Shown: piece after piece, positions 1 through 9,400 of the stretch
How the letters are laid out: every line of letters starts with the position of its first letter
Numbering within the stretch: position 1 is the first letter of the stretch
Source: Methanomicrobiales archaeon
Lineage (GTDB): Archaea > Halobacteriota > Methanomicrobia > Methanomicrobiales > JACTUA01
DNA length: 32,000 nucleotides
Direction: 5' to 3'
NCBI GenBank assembly: GCA_035542115.1
Contig: DATKMC010000069.1
Coordinates: forward strand, 20,240-52,239
Translations under genes and position numbers: made by a program
The notes under the pieces: model-generated
Told to the model about the DNA's origin: nothing
The model's input: the letters and a program-made list of their open reading frames with translations, nothing else
Databases searched by the model: none

Positions 1-1
1 G

Positions 2-628
2 ATGCTCCCCCTCATTCTCGACCTCACCGGGCGCAGGGTCGTCATCTTCGGAGGGGGACCAGTGGGTGCCCGGAAGGCCCGGTACTTCCTCGGGGAGTGC
101 AAGGTAACGGTGGTGAGCAGGTCCTTTTCCGGGGAGATCCATGGCATGGACGTGGAGCGGGCCGCCGTGGACCTCGGGAGCGCGTCGGACCAGCACCTGA
201 AGAACCTGATGGAGGGCGCCTTTCTCGTGGTTGCCGCAATCGGGGACCCGGCCCTGAACAACCGTATCCTCCGCATTGCCCGGGAGGCAGGGATACCCTG
301 CGATACTGTCTCCGGCGAACAGGGGGACGTCATCATCCCGGCCGTCTGCTCGGGGCGTCACCATCTCGTCGCCGTGACAACCTTCGGCCGGTCGCCTGCT
401 ACGGCACGGTACCTCCGCGAACGGTTCTCGGGGGATGCGGAGCGGACAGACCAGATGATCGAACTCCAGGAGCGGGCGCGGGAGGCCCTCAAAGGACTGG
501 AGCCCTCCCAGGAACGCCGCGCCGCCATCCTCCACGAGATCCTCGCGGACCGGGCCGCGTGGGAGATCCTCTCCCGGAATCGGGACTCTGCCTGGGAGTA
601 TATCCGGCGGAGGTACCTCCATGGATAG
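2..628 (+). CDS. sirC: Precorrin-2 dehydrogenase / sirohydrochlorin ferrochelatase (siroheme synthase N-domain-like, SirC/Met8 family)
   Basis: 208-aa ORF with an N-terminal Rossmann motif VVIFGGGPVGARKA. Its end overlaps the hemA start by 8 nt, and it sits in the tetrapyrrole cluster. The ATG is at nt 2, so the 5' end and promoter lie at or beyond the window edge. Confidence 0.85.
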   Translation: MLPLILDLTGRRVVIFGGGPVGARKARYFLGECKVTVVSRSFSGEIHGMDVERAAVDLGSASDQHLKNLMEGAFLVVAAIGDPALNNRILRIAREAGIPCDTVSGEQGDVIIPAVCSGRHHLVAVTTFGRSPATARYLRERFSGDAERTDQMIELQERAREALKGLEPSQERRAAILHEILADRAAWEILSRNRDSAWEYIRRRYLHG

Positions 629-1907
629 GCAGCTCCACATCCCCCTCGCCATCGCAAGCCTCTCACACCACGACGCCCCCGCCGCGGTGCTCGAGGCGGC
701 ACGGTTTCCCGACGAGGGGGCATTCCTCGCCGCGGCCCGGGGGCACTTCAGGGGGGTGCTCCTCCTCCAGACCTGCAACCGGGTGGAGATCCTCGCGCTG
801 GGGACCGGGGAGGCCCTCGGCGGGTTCCTCACCTCGAACGGCCGGATGGGTTTCCGGGTCCTCGAGGGGACCGCGGCCCTCCGGCACCTCCTCGAGCTCG
901 CGGCCGGGATCGACTCCATGATCGTCGGCGAGGACCAGATCCTCGGCCAGATGAAGGCGGCCCTCGCCCGGGCGAAGGAGGCGGGGGCCTCCTCGAACCT
1001 CCTCGAGACCTGCGTGGAGAAGGCCATCCACGTGGGGATCCAGGTGCGGAGGCGGACGAACATCAACCGGGGCGCGGTCTCCATCGGCTCGGCCGCGGTC
1101 CAGCTGGCCGAGAACCTCCTCGGGAGCCTCTGGGACAAGCACATCCTCGTCATCGGGAGCGGCGAGATGGGGATGCTCGTCGCCCAGGCCCTCGCCGCCC
1201 GGGGCCTCTCTGCCATCTACGTGGCGAACCGGACCTACGAGCGGGCGGTGGCCCTTGCAGCGAAGATCGGCGGCCGGGCGGTGAACATGAAGGACCTCTA
1301 CCACTTCATCCAGCTCTCCGACGTGGTCATCTCCTGCACCGCGGCCCCCCACCCCGTCATCCACTGCGATCCCCTCAGGGAGGCCATGAAGGACCGGCGG
1401 TGGCCCCGCGAGGACCAGGTGAGGCCCACCATCATCATCGACATCGCCCAGCCGCGGGACGTGGAGGAGGGGGTCGCCGGGATTGCCGGGGTGAGCCTCT
1501 TCTCCATCGACGACCTCCGGGTCGTCTCCGAGAATAACCTGCGGGAGCGGCGCGCCGAGGCGGAGCGGGCGCAGGAGTTCATCGGCCATGAGCTCGGGCA
1601 GTTCGTCTCCCTTGTGAACCGGACGGCCGCCGACGACACCCTCTCCGGCCTCTACACCTGGGCGGAGGCCATCCGGATCCGGGAGCGGGACCGGGCGGTC
1701 CACCGGCTCGGGGAGGACGACCGGTCCCGGGAGGTCATCGACGACCTCACCCGGGCCATGGTGAAGAAGCTCCTCTCGGACGTCACCCTTTCCATCCGGC
1801 AGTGCGCCGAGCAGGGCGACATCGGGGCCGCCGAGGGCATGGTGCGGGCCATCACCCGGGGGAACGGGTCCTGCCTCCGGGACGGGGCCGGCGAAAAGAA
1901 GGAATGA
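621..1907 (+). CDS. hemA: Glutamyl-tRNA reductase
   Basis: 428-aa ORF with an ATG start. It carries the catalytic-Cys motif LLLQTCNRVEI and the NADPH-binding motif VIGSGEMG, and its length is typical of HemA. Confidence 0.95.
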   Translation: MDRQLHIPLAIASLSHHDAPAAVLEAARFPDEGAFLAAARGHFRGVLLLQTCNRVEILALGTGEALGGFLTSNGRMGFRVLEGTAALRHLLELAAGIDSMIVGEDQILGQMKAALARAKEAGASSNLLETCVEKAIHVGIQVRRRTNINRGAVSIGSAAVQLAENLLGSLWDKHILVIGSGEMGMLVAQALAARGLSAIYVANRTYERAVALAAKIGGRAVNMKDLYHFIQLSDVVISCTAAPHPVIHCDPLREAMKDRRWPREDQVRPTIIIDIAQPRDVEEGVAGIAGVSLFSIDDLRVVSENNLRERRAEAERAQEFIGHELGQFVSLVNRTAADDTLSGLYTWAEAIRIRERDRAVHRLGEDDRSREVIDDLTRAMVKKLLSDVTLSIRQCAEQGDIGAAEGMVRAITRGNGSCLRDGAGEKKE

Positions 1908-2010
1908 AACCGGGGACCTCCTCACCTCCTGGACCCCCGGAAGGCTTAATCAGGGACTATGAGGGGGCCGTCGAGGCCCGGCCGGAGCCTCCCTCTGGAT
2001 TGCCCGGGTT

Positions 2011-2268
2011 TCAGGACCCGGCTTCTGTTTTCAGGACCCGGTCCCCCACCTTCACGTCCTTATCGACCTTCAGGCCGATCTCCTGGCCCCGGGTTGCCCT
2101 TGCGATGGCCTGGTGCTCGACCTGCATGGAAGCCGCCTTCTGGGTAAAGTCCGTGCGGGGGCCGGTGAAGCGTATTTCCTCGCCCTGCTTCAGGTCATCC
2201 GTGAGGGCCACCACCGCGACCCCGATCTTCGGAAAGACATGGGTCACCTTGCCGACAGGTTTCTCCAT
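2011..2268 (-). CDS. Small EF-Tu domain-2-like (translation elongation factor-like beta-barrel) protein
   Basis: 85-aa ORF MEKPVGKVTHVFPKIGVAVVAL...GDRVLK that resembles the stand-alone EF-Tu domain 2 beta-barrel proteins of archaea. Third-position G+C looks coding. A TATA-like CCTTTAT lies about 35-40 nt upstream on the minus strand. Confidence 0.7.
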   Translation of the reverse strand: MEKPVGKVTHVFPKIGVAVVALTDDLKQGEEIRFTGPRTDFTQKAASMQVEHQAIARATRGQEIGLKVDKDVKVGDRVLKTEAGS

Positions 2269-2475
2269 CCGTATCCCTCAGGAACCACATACGGGCCCCG
2301 CACCATAAAGGTTTTTGCGAAAACCCTGTAGCCTCACGAGTCCTGCCTGCGTCCCGAGGAGCCCCTCCCACCCCGGGACAGCCCGGCTCCGTCACGGGAG
2401 CCGGCCTCTCCTCGATCGGTATCTTCTTTTGGATAGAACCTGAAACCTCAGGTAAAAGAAACGGGAGGAGATGCC

Positions 2476-3465
2476 ATGGATGGGTTCCCGGCAAGGAGAA
2501 TGCGGAGGTACCGGCGGAGGATCGTGCAGGAGCTCTTCACTGAGACCTGCATGCACGTGTCGAACCTCGTGGTCCCCGTCTTCATGGAGGAGGGTATCGA
2601 CCGCCCGGTGCCCATCGGCTCCATGCCCGGCCAGTCCAGGCAACCCGTCGGGGACCTCCCGGCCTTGGCGGAACGTCTCCAGGCCCTCGGCCTCCGGTCC
2701 GCCCTCCTCTTCGGGATACCGAGGGAGAAGGACGCCGTGGCGAGCTCCGCCTATGCGCCGGAAGGAGTGATCCAGCAGTCGGTGAGGGCAATGAAGAAGG
2801 CGGTCCCGGACCTCGTGGTCGCCACCGACGTCTGTGCCTGCGAGTACACGGACCATGGCCACTGCGGGATCATCGGGAAGAAGGGTATCGAGGACGACCT
2901 CCTGAACGACCCCTCCCTCGGGCTCATGAACCGGATCGCCGTCAGCCACGCCGAGGCCGGGGCGGATATCGTTGCCCCGTCCTGCATGCTGGACGGCATG
3001 GTCGGCTCCATCCGGGCGGCCCTCGACGACGCCGGGTTTGAGGACGTCCTCATTATGTCCTACTCGAGCAAGTTCGCCTCGGGTTTCTACGGCCCCTTCC
3101 GGGAGGCTGCGGACTCGGGGTACAGCTTCGGCGACCGGACCACCTACCAGCTGAACCCTGCCAATGCCCGGGAGGCCATCCTCGAGTCTGCCCTCGACGT
3201 GGAGGAGGGGGCGGACATCCTCATGGTGAAGCCCGCCGGCTACTACCTCGACATCCTCGCCGGCCTCCGGGACTTCGGCCTTCCCCTCGCAGCCTTCCAG
3301 GTGAGCGGCGAGTACGCCATGATCAGGGCAGCGGCCGAACGGGGCTGGATAGACGGCAGGGTAGCGGTCATGGAGAGCCTCACCTGCCTCCGGCGGGCGG
3401 GGGCGGACCTCATCATCACGTACTTCGCCGAGGAGGCCGCGGGGTGGGCGAGTGAAGAGCAGTGA
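2476..3465 (+). CDS. hemB: Porphobilinogen synthase (delta-aminolevulinate dehydratase)
   Basis: 329-aa ORF with an ATG preceded by the RBS GGGAGGAG (2463-2470). Motifs include the metal-site [12 protein letters not shown], the active-site Lys region MVKPAG and FQVSGEYAM. Confidence 0.95.
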   Translation: MDGFPARRMRRYRRRIVQELFTETCMHVSNLVVPVFMEEGIDRPVPIGSMPGQSRQPVGDLPALAERLQALGLRSALLFGIPREKDAVASSAYAPEGVIQQSVRAMKKAVPDLVVATDVCACEYTDHGHCGIIGKKGIEDDLLNDPSLGLMNRIAVSHAEAGADIVAPSCMLDGMVGSIRAALDDAGFEDVLIMSYSSKFASGFYGPFREAADSGYSFGDRTTYQLNPANAREAILESALDVEEGADILMVKPAGYYLDILAGLRDFGLPLAAFQVSGEYAMIRAAAERGWIDGRVAVMESLTCLRRAGADLIITYFAEEAAGWASEEQ

Positions 3466-4696
3466 GCTCTACGCCCGGGCCGTGAAGCTCATGCCCGGCG
3501 GGGTGAGCAGCCCCGTGCGGGCCATTCGGCCCTGGCCCTTCTACACCCTGTCGGGGAGGGGGAGCAGGATCCTGACCGCCGACGGGCAGGAGCTCATCGA
3601 CTGCTGCATGGCCTACGGCCCCCTCCTCCTCGGGCACGCCCACCCCGAGATCCGGGCGGCCATCGCGGCAAGGCTGGAGGAGGGGTGGCTCTACGGGACG
3701 CCCACGCCCCTCGAGCCTGAGATGGCGGGGCTCGTCACGGAGGACTACCCCTCCATCGAGATGGTCCGGTTCGTCTCGACGGGGGGCGAGGCGACCATGT
3801 CCGCCCTCCGGGTGGCCCGGGGATTCACGGGGAAGAGCGACATCGTGAAGGTCGAGGGGGGGTTCCACGGCTCCCATGATGCCCTCCTCGTGAAGGCGGG
3901 CTCGGGGGCGATGACCATCGGGGTGCCCGACTCCGCGGGGGTGCTCCCCGACCTCGCCCGGCACACCCTTCAGGTTCCGTACAACGACCCGGAGGCACTA
4001 GAGGGGGTCCTCTCGGGAAACCCGGACGTCGCGGCCTTCATCATCGAGCCGGTGCTCGGGAACATCGGTCCCGTGGTCCCGGAGAAGGGGTACCTCGCCG
4101 AGGTCCGGTCCATCACGAAGGCCCACGACGTCCTCCTCATCTTCGACGAGGTGATCACGGGGTACAGGCTCGGGACAGGCGGGGCACAGGGGATGAACGG
4201 CATCCGGCCCGACCTCACAACCCTCGGGAAGGTCCTCGGCGGGGGGCTCCCCATCGGGGCCTACGGGGGGCGGCGGGAGATCATGGACTATATCGCCCCC
4301 TGCGGCCCGGTGTACCAGGCCGGGACCTTCAGCGGGAATCCCCTCTCCCTCGCCGCGGGGATCGCCACCCTCAGGTACCTCCGGGGGCACCGTAATCTCT
4401 ATGGCCGGCTGGACCGGATGTCCCGGGCCATCGGGGAGTCCCTGCCCCGGGGAGCGAAGGGGTCCTTCGTCCGGCTCGGCTCGATGTTCAAGTACTTCTT
4501 CAGGGGGTATCCCCCGAAGGATTACCGGCAGGCGAAGGAGAGCGACACGGCGGCCTTCGGCGAGTTCTGGAGGAGGATGCTCGGGAGGGGGATCTTCCTC
4601 CCGCCCTCCCAGTTCGAGACGAATTTCCTCTCGGCGGCGCACACCGATGGGGACCTGGAGGCCATCGCAGGGGGGTACCGCGAATGCATCTCGTGA
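3452..4696 (+). CDS. hemL: Glutamate-1-semialdehyde 2,1-aminomutase
   Basis: 414-aa ORF with a GTG start that overlaps the hemB end by 14 nt. It begins [21 protein letters not shown] and has the PLP-lysine motif [17 protein letters not shown]. Confidence 0.95.
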   Translation: MKSSELYARAVKLMPGGVSSPVRAIRPWPFYTLSGRGSRILTADGQELIDCCMAYGPLLLGHAHPEIRAAIAARLEEGWLYGTPTPLEPEMAGLVTEDYPSIEMVRFVSTGGEATMSALRVARGFTGKSDIVKVEGGFHGSHDALLVKAGSGAMTIGVPDSAGVLPDLARHTLQVPYNDPEALEGVLSGNPDVAAFIIEPVLGNIGPVVPEKGYLAEVRSITKAHDVLLIFDEVITGYRLGTGGAQGMNGIRPDLTTLGKVLGGGLPIGAYGGRREIMDYIAPCGPVYQAGTFSGNPLSLAAGIATLRYLRGHRNLYGRLDRMSRAIGESLPRGAKGSFVRLGSMFKYFFRGYPPKDYRQAKESDTAAFGEFWRRMLGRGIFLPPSQFETNFLSAAHTDGDLEAIAGGYRECIS

Positions 4697-5583
4697 TCGG
4701 GACCCGGGGAAGCAAGCTCGCGCTCAACCAGGCCGAGCGTGTCTGCCGGGCCCTCGCCTCGCAGGGGGTCGAGGTGGAGACTGCCATCATCCGGACGAAG
4801 GGGGACGAGGAGACCGGCCTCCCGCTCCACGAGGTCGGGGGGCAGGGGCTCTTCGTGAAGGCCCTCGATGACGCCATCCTGAAGGGCGAGATCGACTGTG
4901 CCGTTCACAGCATGAAGGACATCCCGGCAAAGCGCCCGGGGGGGCTCATTACCGCGGCCATCCTGGAGCGGGACTCCCCCGCCGATTTCCTCGGCCTCTC
5001 CACGGCCATGGATCAGGTGAGCATCGTGGGCACCTCGAGCATGCGGAGGAGGGCCCAGATTCTCAGGCACGACTCCGCCGTTGAGGTGAGGCCCCTCCGG
5101 GGGAACGTGGACACGAGGATCCGCCGGCTCCTCGCGGGAGACTACCATGCCATCGTGCTCGCCGAGGCAGGGCTCCAGCGCCTGGACTACCGGCTCCGGG
5201 GCTACCGGCTCCCGCCCGAACGGTTCGTCCCCACGGCGAACCAGGGGGCCATCGCCGTGGTCGCCCGGGACGACCCCCACCTGATCATCACCCTCTCCTC
5301 CCTCGACCATACCCCGACAAGGAGGGATGTAGGCTCCGAGCGGGCGGCCCTCGAGGAGCTGGGGGCCGGCTGCTTCACCCCGGTAGGCATCTACTGCCGC
5401 GACGGACACCTCATCGCCGAGGTCCTCTCCATCGACGGGAAGCGGACCGAGCGGGTCGAGGAGGACGTGGCCGACAGCGAGGCGGCCCGGGCCTGCGGGA
5501 GGCTCCTCGCCGGGAAGGCGAAGGACCTCCTCGAGGAGGCACGGGGGCTCACCGGAGGGAAGGGCGATGCCGCGGCGGGGTAA
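4684..5583 (+). CDS. hemC: Hydroxymethylbilane synthase (porphobilinogen deaminase)
   Basis: 299-aa ORF with the motif [13 protein letters not shown] and the cofactor-Cys motif GAGCFTPVG. It overlaps hemL by 13 nt. Confidence 0.95.
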   Translation: MHLVIGTRGSKLALNQAERVCRALASQGVEVETAIIRTKGDEETGLPLHEVGGQGLFVKALDDAILKGEIDCAVHSMKDIPAKRPGGLITAAILERDSPADFLGLSTAMDQVSIVGTSSMRRRAQILRHDSAVEVRPLRGNVDTRIRRLLAGDYHAIVLAEAGLQRLDYRLRGYRLPPERFVPTANQGAIAVVARDDPHLIITLSSLDHTPTRRDVGSERAALEELGAGCFTPVGIYCRDGHLIAEVLSIDGKRTERVEEDVADSEAARACGRLLAGKAKDLLEEARGLTGGKGDAAAG

Positions 5584-6358
5584 GGAGGAGAAGCCGGGGA
5601 AGGCCGCGAAACCGGGAAAGGTCTTCCTCGTCGGAGCCGGCCCCGGGAGCCCGGACCTCCTCACCGTGAAGGCCCGGAGGGTCATCGGGGAGGCGGAGGT
5701 CGTCCTCTACGACCAGCTCGCCGGAGGGGTGCGGGAGCTCCTCCCCGCGGAGGCTGAGCGCATCGACTGCGGGAAGTCGGGATCCCGGCATACCCTCGAG
5801 CAGGAGGAGATCGAGGGGCTCATGGTGGACCGGGCCCTCGCAGGCAAAAAGGTGGTCCGGCTCAAGGGCGGCGACCCGTTCCTCTTCGGCCGGGGCGGGG
5901 AGGAGCTCGAGGCCCTCCGGGCGGCGGGGGTGCCCGTGGAGATCGTCCCCGGGGTCACGAGCGCCATCGCCGTCCCCGGCTGCGTCGGGATCCCGGTCAC
6001 CCACCGGGATCATGCCTCGGAGCTGGTCATCCTCACCGGCCACGAGGAGCCGGGGAAGGCGGAGTCCTCCCTCGACCTGGATCTTCTCGCCCGATTCCGG
6101 GGGACCATCGTGATCCTCATGGGGGTGAAGAACCTCGCCTCCATCGCCTCCGGCCTCGTCGGCCGGGGAAAGGACCCGGCCACCCCGGTCGCCATCATCG
6201 AGAAGGGGCTCGCCCCGGGCCAGCGGGTCACCGCCGGGCCCCTCGGGGAGATCGGGGGGATCGCTCGGTCGGCAAAGGTGAAGCCCCCCGCGGTCATCGT
6301 CATCGGCGGGGTTGTCGGCCTCTACGACGAGGAGGAGCTATGCGGAGCGAAACGGTAA
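5567..6358 (+). CDS. cobA: Uroporphyrinogen-III C-methyltransferase (SUMT)
   Basis: 263-aa ORF with the motifs [15 protein letters not shown] and [16 protein letters not shown]. It has a Lys-rich N-terminal tail of about 18 aa and overlaps hemC by 17 nt. Confidence 0.9.
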   Translation: MPRRGKEEKPGKAAKPGKVFLVGAGPGSPDLLTVKARRVIGEAEVVLYDQLAGGVRELLPAEAERIDCGKSGSRHTLEQEEIEGLMVDRALAGKKVVRLKGGDPFLFGRGGEELEALRAAGVPVEIVPGVTSAIAVPGCVGIPVTHRDHASELVILTGHEEPGKAESSLDLDLLARFRGTIVILMGVKNLASIASGLVGRGKDPATPVAIIEKGLAPGQRVTAGPLGEIGGIARSAKVKPPAVIVIGGVVGLYDEEELCGAKR

Positions 6359-7983
6359 CACAGGGATTTGCCCGGGCGCCCAACCGCGCCCTGCTGCGGT
6401 CGCTCGGGATAACCGAGGCTGAGATGGACATGCCCTTTATCGGGGTCGCGGACGCCTGGAACACCATCGTCCCGGGCCACGTGCACCTCAGGCAGATCTC
6501 GGAGAAGGTACGGGAGGGCATCGCGGCGGCCGGCGGGGTCGCCTTCGAGTTCGGGGTCATCGGCATCTGCGACGGGATCGCCATGGGGCACGAGGGGATG
6601 CGGTACTCCCTCCCGTCGAGGGAGAACATCGCCGACTCCGTGGAGCTCATGGTGGAGGCCCACCGGTTCGACGGCCTCGTCTGCGTCGGAACCTGCGACA
6701 AGATCGTCCCGGGGATGCTCATGGCGGCGGTCAGGTGCGACGTCCCGGCGGTCGTCGTCACCGGCGGCCCGATGCTCCCCGGTTCCCTCGGGGGCCGGGA
6801 CCTCTCCCTCATCGACGTCTTCGAGGCGGTGGGGAGGGTCGCCGCGGGGACCATGGACGAGGGGGAGCTCCACGCCCTCGAGTGCGCCGCGATGCCGGGC
6901 TGCGGCTCCTGCCAGGGGCTCTACACGGCAAATACCATGGCCTGCGTCACCGAATCCCTGGGCATGTCCCTTGCCGGCTGTGCGACCATCCCGGCCGTGG
7001 ACGCCGGGAAGCTCCGGATCGCGAGGCAGAGCGGGGAGCGGGTGATCCAGCTCGTGAAGGAACGGCTTACCCCGAGGCAGATCATCACGCCCGAGAGCCT
7101 CCGGAACGCCATCCGGGTGGACATGGCCCTCGGGGGATCGACGAACACCGTCCTCCACCTCATGGCTCTCGCCACGGATGCGGGCATCGCCCTCGACCTC
7201 GACACCTTCAATGCCATCGGTGCGGAGATCCCCCGTATCTGCGACATGCAGCCCGCGGGCCCCCACTCGATGCTCACCCTCCACCGGGCCGGCGGCATCC
7301 CGGCGGTCCTCTCGAGGCTCAAGGGGGTCCTCGAGGACGCCCCGACGGTCACCGGGCCGGGTATCCGGGAGATCGCGAAGATGGCCCGGGTCGCCGACCC
7401 CGGGATCATCCATACCCTGAAAAAGCCGGTGCATGTGGCCGGCGGGCTGCGGGTGCTCCGGGGGACCCTCGCCCCCGACGGCGCGGTGGTGAAGGCCGCC
7501 GCCGTGGACCCGAAGCAGTGGAGGCACCGGGGCCCCGCCCGGGTCTTCGACGGGGAGCAGGCGGCCATGAAGGCCATCCTCGCCCGGGAGGTCCGGGAGG
7601 GGGACGTGGTGGTCATCCGGTACGAGGGGCCATGCGGCGGGCCGGGGATGCCGGAGATGCTCTCCCCCACCTCGGCCATCTACGGGCTCGGGTACAGGAA
7701 GGTGTCCCTCGTCACCGACGGGAGGTTCTCCGGCGGGACGAGGGGGGCCTGCATCGGCCACATCGCCCCCGAGGCGCAGGCCGGCGGGCCCGTCGCCCTC
7801 GTCCGGGACGGGGACACCATCGCAATCGATATCGGGAAGATGCGCCTCGATCTCGAGGTTTCGGAGGAGGAGCTCGCGAAGCGCCGGAAGTCCTGGAAAC
7901 CGAAGAAGAAGGCCCTCGCCGGTGTGCTGGCCCGGTACGCCGCGACCGTCGGGCAGGCGAACCTCGGCGCCGTGCAACGGTGA
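6340..7983 (+). CDS. ilvD: Dihydroxy-acid dehydratase
   Basis: 547-aa ORF with the motifs [22 protein letters not shown] and TDGRFSGGT. The RBS GGAGGAG lies at 6331-6337. It overlaps cobA by 19 nt. Confidence 0.95.
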   Translation: MRSETVTQGFARAPNRALLRSLGITEAEMDMPFIGVADAWNTIVPGHVHLRQISEKVREGIAAAGGVAFEFGVIGICDGIAMGHEGMRYSLPSRENIADSVELMVEAHRFDGLVCVGTCDKIVPGMLMAAVRCDVPAVVVTGGPMLPGSLGGRDLSLIDVFEAVGRVAAGTMDEGELHALECAAMPGCGSCQGLYTANTMACVTESLGMSLAGCATIPAVDAGKLRIARQSGERVIQLVKERLTPRQIITPESLRNAIRVDMALGGSTNTVLHLMALATDAGIALDLDTFNAIGAEIPRICDMQPAGPHSMLTLHRAGGIPAVLSRLKGVLEDAPTVTGPGIREIAKMARVADPGIIHTLKKPVHVAGGLRVLRGTLAPDGAVVKAAAVDPKQWRHRGPARVFDGEQAAMKAILAREVREGDVVVIRYEGPCGGPGMPEMLSPTSAIYGLGYRKVSLVTDGRFSGGTRGACIGHIAPEAQAGGPVALVRDGDTIAIDIGKMRLDLEVSEEELAKRRKSWKPKKKALAGVLARYAATVGQANLGAVQR

Positions 7984-8002
7984 AAAGGACGGGTTCGGTC
8001 CG

Positions 8003-8046
8003 TTTCCCCTCCCCCCATTTCTTACTTCCTCTTCCTCTCTCTTTAT
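8003..8046 (+). terminator. Polypyrimidine tract with T-runs downstream of ilvD (probable operon terminator)
   Basis: A 44-nt stretch with only three purines (A at 8017, 8024, 8045) and three TTT runs. It begins 20 nt after the ilvD stop. Confidence 0.4.
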
Positions 8047-8155
8047 GCACTGCCCGGACAGGGACATTTCCCCGGGATCCCCTTCATACCCTTTTATCTC
8101 TCTCGGGAACGAGTTCACGGTAAGGGTGCGGCTGGGTACCGGCACCGCCGATGCG

Positions 8156-8743
8156 ATGACCATGATCGACAAGTTCCTCGAAGGTAACCATGCCTTCATG
8201 ATCGGCGAGTTCGCGAAGAAGAAGGAGTTCTACACGGGCCTCGCGAAGGGGCAGAGCCCGAAGGTCCTCTGGATCGGGTGCGTGGACTCGCGGGTGACCC
8301 CGGAGCGGATCACCTCGGCCGAGGCCGGGGAGCTCTTCGTCCACCGGAACATCGGGAACATTGTCCCCCATGCCTCCTGGACCTTTGCAACCGTGCTCGA
8401 GTACGCCATCAGGCACCTGAAGGTCGAGGAGATCGTGGTCTGCGGGCACTCGGACTGCGGGGCCATGAAGGCCCTCGGGAAGGCGACCGGGGACACGTAC
8501 ATCCCCCTCTGGCTCAACAATGCGGGGGATGTGCTCCCGAAGGTGGACGCGGAGATTGCGAAGATGGCCCATCCCCCGGACGAAAAGGGCAGGCGACGCA
8601 TGATCGAGCTCGAGAACGTCCGGCTCCAGATCGCCCACCTGAGGACCTACCCCCTCGTGAAGGATGGAGAGGCCCAGGGGAGGCTGAAGGTCCACGGCCT
8701 CTACTACGACCTGGAGACCGGGAAGATCTCACGCGTCCCGTGA
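8156..8743 (+). CDS. Beta-class carbonic anhydrase
   Basis: Zn-ligand motifs CVDSRV and GHSDCGA are present. The homologous region starts at MTMIDKFLEGNHAF. The ORF track extends to 7922, but that extension is Pro/Ser-rich and crosses the polypyrimidine spacer. Alternative starts are ATG 8162 and GTG 8126. Confidence 0.9.
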   Translation: MTMIDKFLEGNHAFMIGEFAKKKEFYTGLAKGQSPKVLWIGCVDSRVTPERITSAEAGELFVHRNIGNIVPHASWTFATVLEYAIRHLKVEEIVVCGHSDCGAMKALGKATGDTYIPLWLNNAGDVLPKVDAEIAKMAHPPDEKGRRRMIELENVRLQIAHLRTYPLVKDGEAQGRLKVHGLYYDLETGKISRVP

Positions 8744-9085
8744 ACCGGAGAGGGCCGCGTCGATCTCCCGGGCGATCCGGTCAAAGGAGATCCTCCCGAT
8801 GGGGGTAACCCTCCCGGCAAGGAGGATAATGGGGAGCGGCGGGTGGAACTGCTCGAAGATGAGCCTCACCCGCTCGGGGACCGCGTCATCGAGGAGCGTC
8901 AGGGTGACGGTGATCCGTTCCCCGTACTTCGCCGCGAGGGCGTGCCTCAGGGCCTCCACGGCCTCCAGGAAGGACCCCGACGGGAAGCATTCCGTGAGCC
9001 CGCAGGAACGGTCCGGGTCGCAGGGGAAGGGCCCGCACTCGGCAGTGGAGAACCCGATGATCTCGAGGGATAGGGAATCGGCCAT
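8729..9085 (-). CDS. Hypothetical Cys-rich small protein, possibly thioredoxin-fold (YuzD/DUF1462-like pattern)
   Basis: 118-aa ORF with the Cys cluster ECGPFPCDPDRSCGLTEC followed by ...AAKYGERITVTL...PIILLAGRV, which recalls YuzD-type proteins (from memory, not searched). A TATA-like CTTTTTAAG lies about 25 nt upstream on the minus strand (9107-9117). The 3' end overlaps the carbonic anhydrase 3' end by 15 nt. Confidence 0.6.
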   Translation of the reverse strand: MADSLSLEIIGFSTAECGPFPCDPDRSCGLTECFPSGSFLEAVEALRHALAAKYGERITVTLTLLDDAVPERVRLIFEQFHPPLPIILLAGRVTPIGRISFDRIAREIDAALSGSRDA

Positions 9086-9400
9086 AGCGGAAAAAGGGTT
9101 GTCCCCCCGGTCTTAAAAAGCTATCAAGGGCTGGCGGGCGAACCGGACAGAAAACCGGGGCCTGGACCGGAAAAAACCGCAGGCCATCGCTGCACCAGTG
9201 TCAGCCCGGCCCGGTGCCTGCCGATACATCATTCCTTCGCTCAGGAAGGTTTTCCCGGACCGGCAAGGGGAAATGCCCCCGTTCCGCTGAGCTAAGTTTA
9301 ATAACACCCATTGAAACATGGAAGTAAAGGCCCGGCCGGGAGGCGCCCTGCCCAGCCATGGATCCTCCCGGACACACGACCGGGCAGGTCCGGCACAGAC

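Noticed and set aside
7922-8155. Upstream extension of the carbonic anhydrase ORF. Analogous extensions occur at 9311-9400 (TPR), 11651-11815 (lipoprotein-like), 27102-27206 (malic enzyme) and 28393-28488 (small TPR).
   Set aside because: These extensions start at alternative or weak start codons. They cross terminator or promoter-like spacers or the preceding gene, and they add non-homologous Pro/Arg/Ser-rich residues.
6322-8199. 625-aa minus-strand ORF antisense to ilvD. Similar long antisense ORFs occur at 663-1925, 4522-5685, 9113-10090, 18045-19223, 21177-22142, 27057-28325 and 30335-31639.
   Set aside because: These are typical shadow ORFs of a high-G+C genome. Their translations are Arg/Gly/Pro/Glu/Asp-rich with no motifs. 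Each lies opposite a gene with strong family signatures.
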